From positions 741-64,740 of the forward strand of contig JBBTQS010000001.1 of assembly GCA_038065555.1 (NCBI GenBank): a stretch of DNA of 64,000 bases, read 5' to 3'. The DNA is from Patescibacteria group bacterium (GTDB taxonomy: Bacteria; Patescibacteriota; Patescibacteriia; Magasanikbacterales; JBBTQS01). Below the pieces are notes generated by a model. That model was not told the origin of the DNA and searched no databases. It worked only from the letters and a program-made list of their open reading frames with translations. The position numbers were made by a program, and so were the translations under genes. This document shows, in pieces, positions 63,033 to 64,000 of the stretch. The stretch's first letter is position 1. Each line of letters begins with the position of its first letter.

Positions 63033-64000
63033 TCAGTCCGCGTTCTCCGGCGCGAACTTCATCTCCTTGTCGCTGGTCCCGTCGCTGGCTTCGCCACCGT
63101 CGGTACCTTCCTCTGCCGGTTCCCCCAGATCACAGCCGAGCAGCGCGATCTGCTCGGTGTCTAGCTCGGTGGAGAGGTCGTCGCACAGATGCTCCGCGAA
63201 CGCCGTCTTGCTCAAGTCGGTCTCATCGTCCATGGCGACCTCCCATGACTCCATGAGCTCCTTGACGCCGGATTTGATCTTTTGCTCTAGGGCATCCTTT
63301 GTGAGCCCAGAAGCGATCTCTTCCAGCGCGATGTGCTCGATGTCGCTCAGGTAGAGGATCTCCGATGCCAAGGACGCGCGACTTTGCAACCCACAGATGG
63401 AATGCGATCGACTGCACGCCGGTTGGAACACCACGAGGTCCTCCGGTCCGTGGACGACGTACGAGTGAGCCACCTTGAGGTAGTGCCTCGCCACGTCCAT
63501 CCGCTTGGCCCACGTCTTCTCCAGGCCGTACGCCGTTCCTTTGGGGAAACGGTTCGCGACCTCGGCAGCGTTGTTCGTTGCTGCGAAATCTCGATACGCA
63601 GAGATCGGAGCAAGACACATCCGCCATGCAGTCTCTGCCTGGTGGAGCGCAGCGATGACCTCATCTTCGGTGGTCAGGTCGCCGGGGAGGGGGACGATTT
63701 CGTGCTTCATGCACTCATCGATTTCGCTGTCCCGGTAGTCGACGAAGTTGGGCGATGGCTCCTCGCACTTCCAGTCCTCGAGCTTCTTCTCGGCACTGAG
63801 CGCGCGAGCCTTCCAGTCGATGATCGGGTCTTGCGTGTCCACGACCGGCCCGACGTACTTGATCTCCGTAGGCGGCAGCTCGATCGGGTTCTGCTTGATC
63901 TGCACCTCTGGCACGCGCCGTGGCGCAGGATCGAGCACCTGCTCCTCTCTGCCGCAGCCGACCAGGCTGCTCCAGAGGATTGCCACGAGCAGCACCCACA
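63033..64000 (-). CDS. GC-rich lipoprotein (5'-partial; start at or beyond window end)
   Basis: N-terminus ..LLVAILWSSLVGC|GREE (lipobox LVGC). Acidic C-terminus. About 60% GC. The ORF is still open at nt 64000. Confidence 0.65.
   Translation of the reverse strand, partial: WVLLVAILWSSLVGCGREEQVLDPAPRRVPEVQIKQNPIELPPTEIKYVGPVVDTQDPIIDWKARALSAEKKLEDWKCEEPSPNFVDYRDSEIDECMKHEIVPLPGDLTTEDEVIAALHQAETAWRMCLAPISAYRDFAATNNAAEVANRFPKGTAYGLEKTWAKRMDVARHYLKVAHSYVVHGPEDLVVFQPACSRSHSICGLQSRASLASEILYLSDIEHIALEEIASGLTKDALEQKIKSGVKELMESWEVAMDDETDLSKTAFAEHLCDDLSTELDTEQIALLGCDLGEPAEEGTDGGEASDGTSDKEMKFAPENAD

Overview
The window is a 64-kb bacterial chromosomal segment of about 50% GC with tightly packed genes, recurrent extended -10 (TGnTAnnnT) promoter-like elements, and giant surface proteins that begin with a TrbC/VirB2-like pilin domain. 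These properties are typical of Candidate Phyla Radiation (Patescibacteria)-like genomes; that placement is inference.

Layout from start to end:
(1) A 5'-partial GT-C-like membrane protein.
(2) A 2259-aa surface protein. Its N-terminus has a PATR-like W-x-GGG repeat, followed by a long Gly-rich region, FN3 domains and an acidic linker. After an internal TM+RRRRR element it has two CarboxypepD_reg-like domains.
(3) lepB, hisS, rpsU and a yqeY/GatB-domain gene.
(4) Two tandem paralogous surface proteins of 625 aa and 3056 aa. They share a near-identical N-terminal TrbC/VirB2-like pilin module. The 3056-aa protein also carries IPT/TIG-like domains and about 12 Myxococcus-type Cys-rich repeats.
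(5) Two membrane-anchored proteins with Ca-binding-like Asp repeats.
(6) A housekeeping block: ybeY, ftsA, ftsZ, nrdR, ogt-like MGMT, htrA, pyk.
(7) A lexA-dinB SOS module.
(8) A compositionally mosaic island, roughly 34.1-38.3 kb. It holds a GC-rich (about 68%) Cys-rich lipoprotein, tRNA-Asp(GTC), an IS1595-family transposase remnant, an AT-rich three-gene small-protein operon, a candidate structured ncRNA, and a GC-rich orphan gene.
(9) A glycan-biosynthesis locus of about 21 kb. It has five GT4s, a GT2, a GT47-like gene, GT-C membrane proteins, a Wzx flippase, two SAM methyltransferases, an RfbH/DegT-like PLP enzyme, a split transketolase, 4,6-dehydratase/epimerases and a GT75/RGP-like mutase homolog.
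(10) A secreted hypothetical protein, a hypothetical cytoplasmic protein, an ABC-F ATPase, and a 5'-partial GC-rich lipoprotein at the window edge.

No rRNA, CRISPR array or intact mobile element was found. Many six-frame-track ORFs whose first residue is M start with TTG or GTG; where an in-frame ATG with a better context exists I used it.
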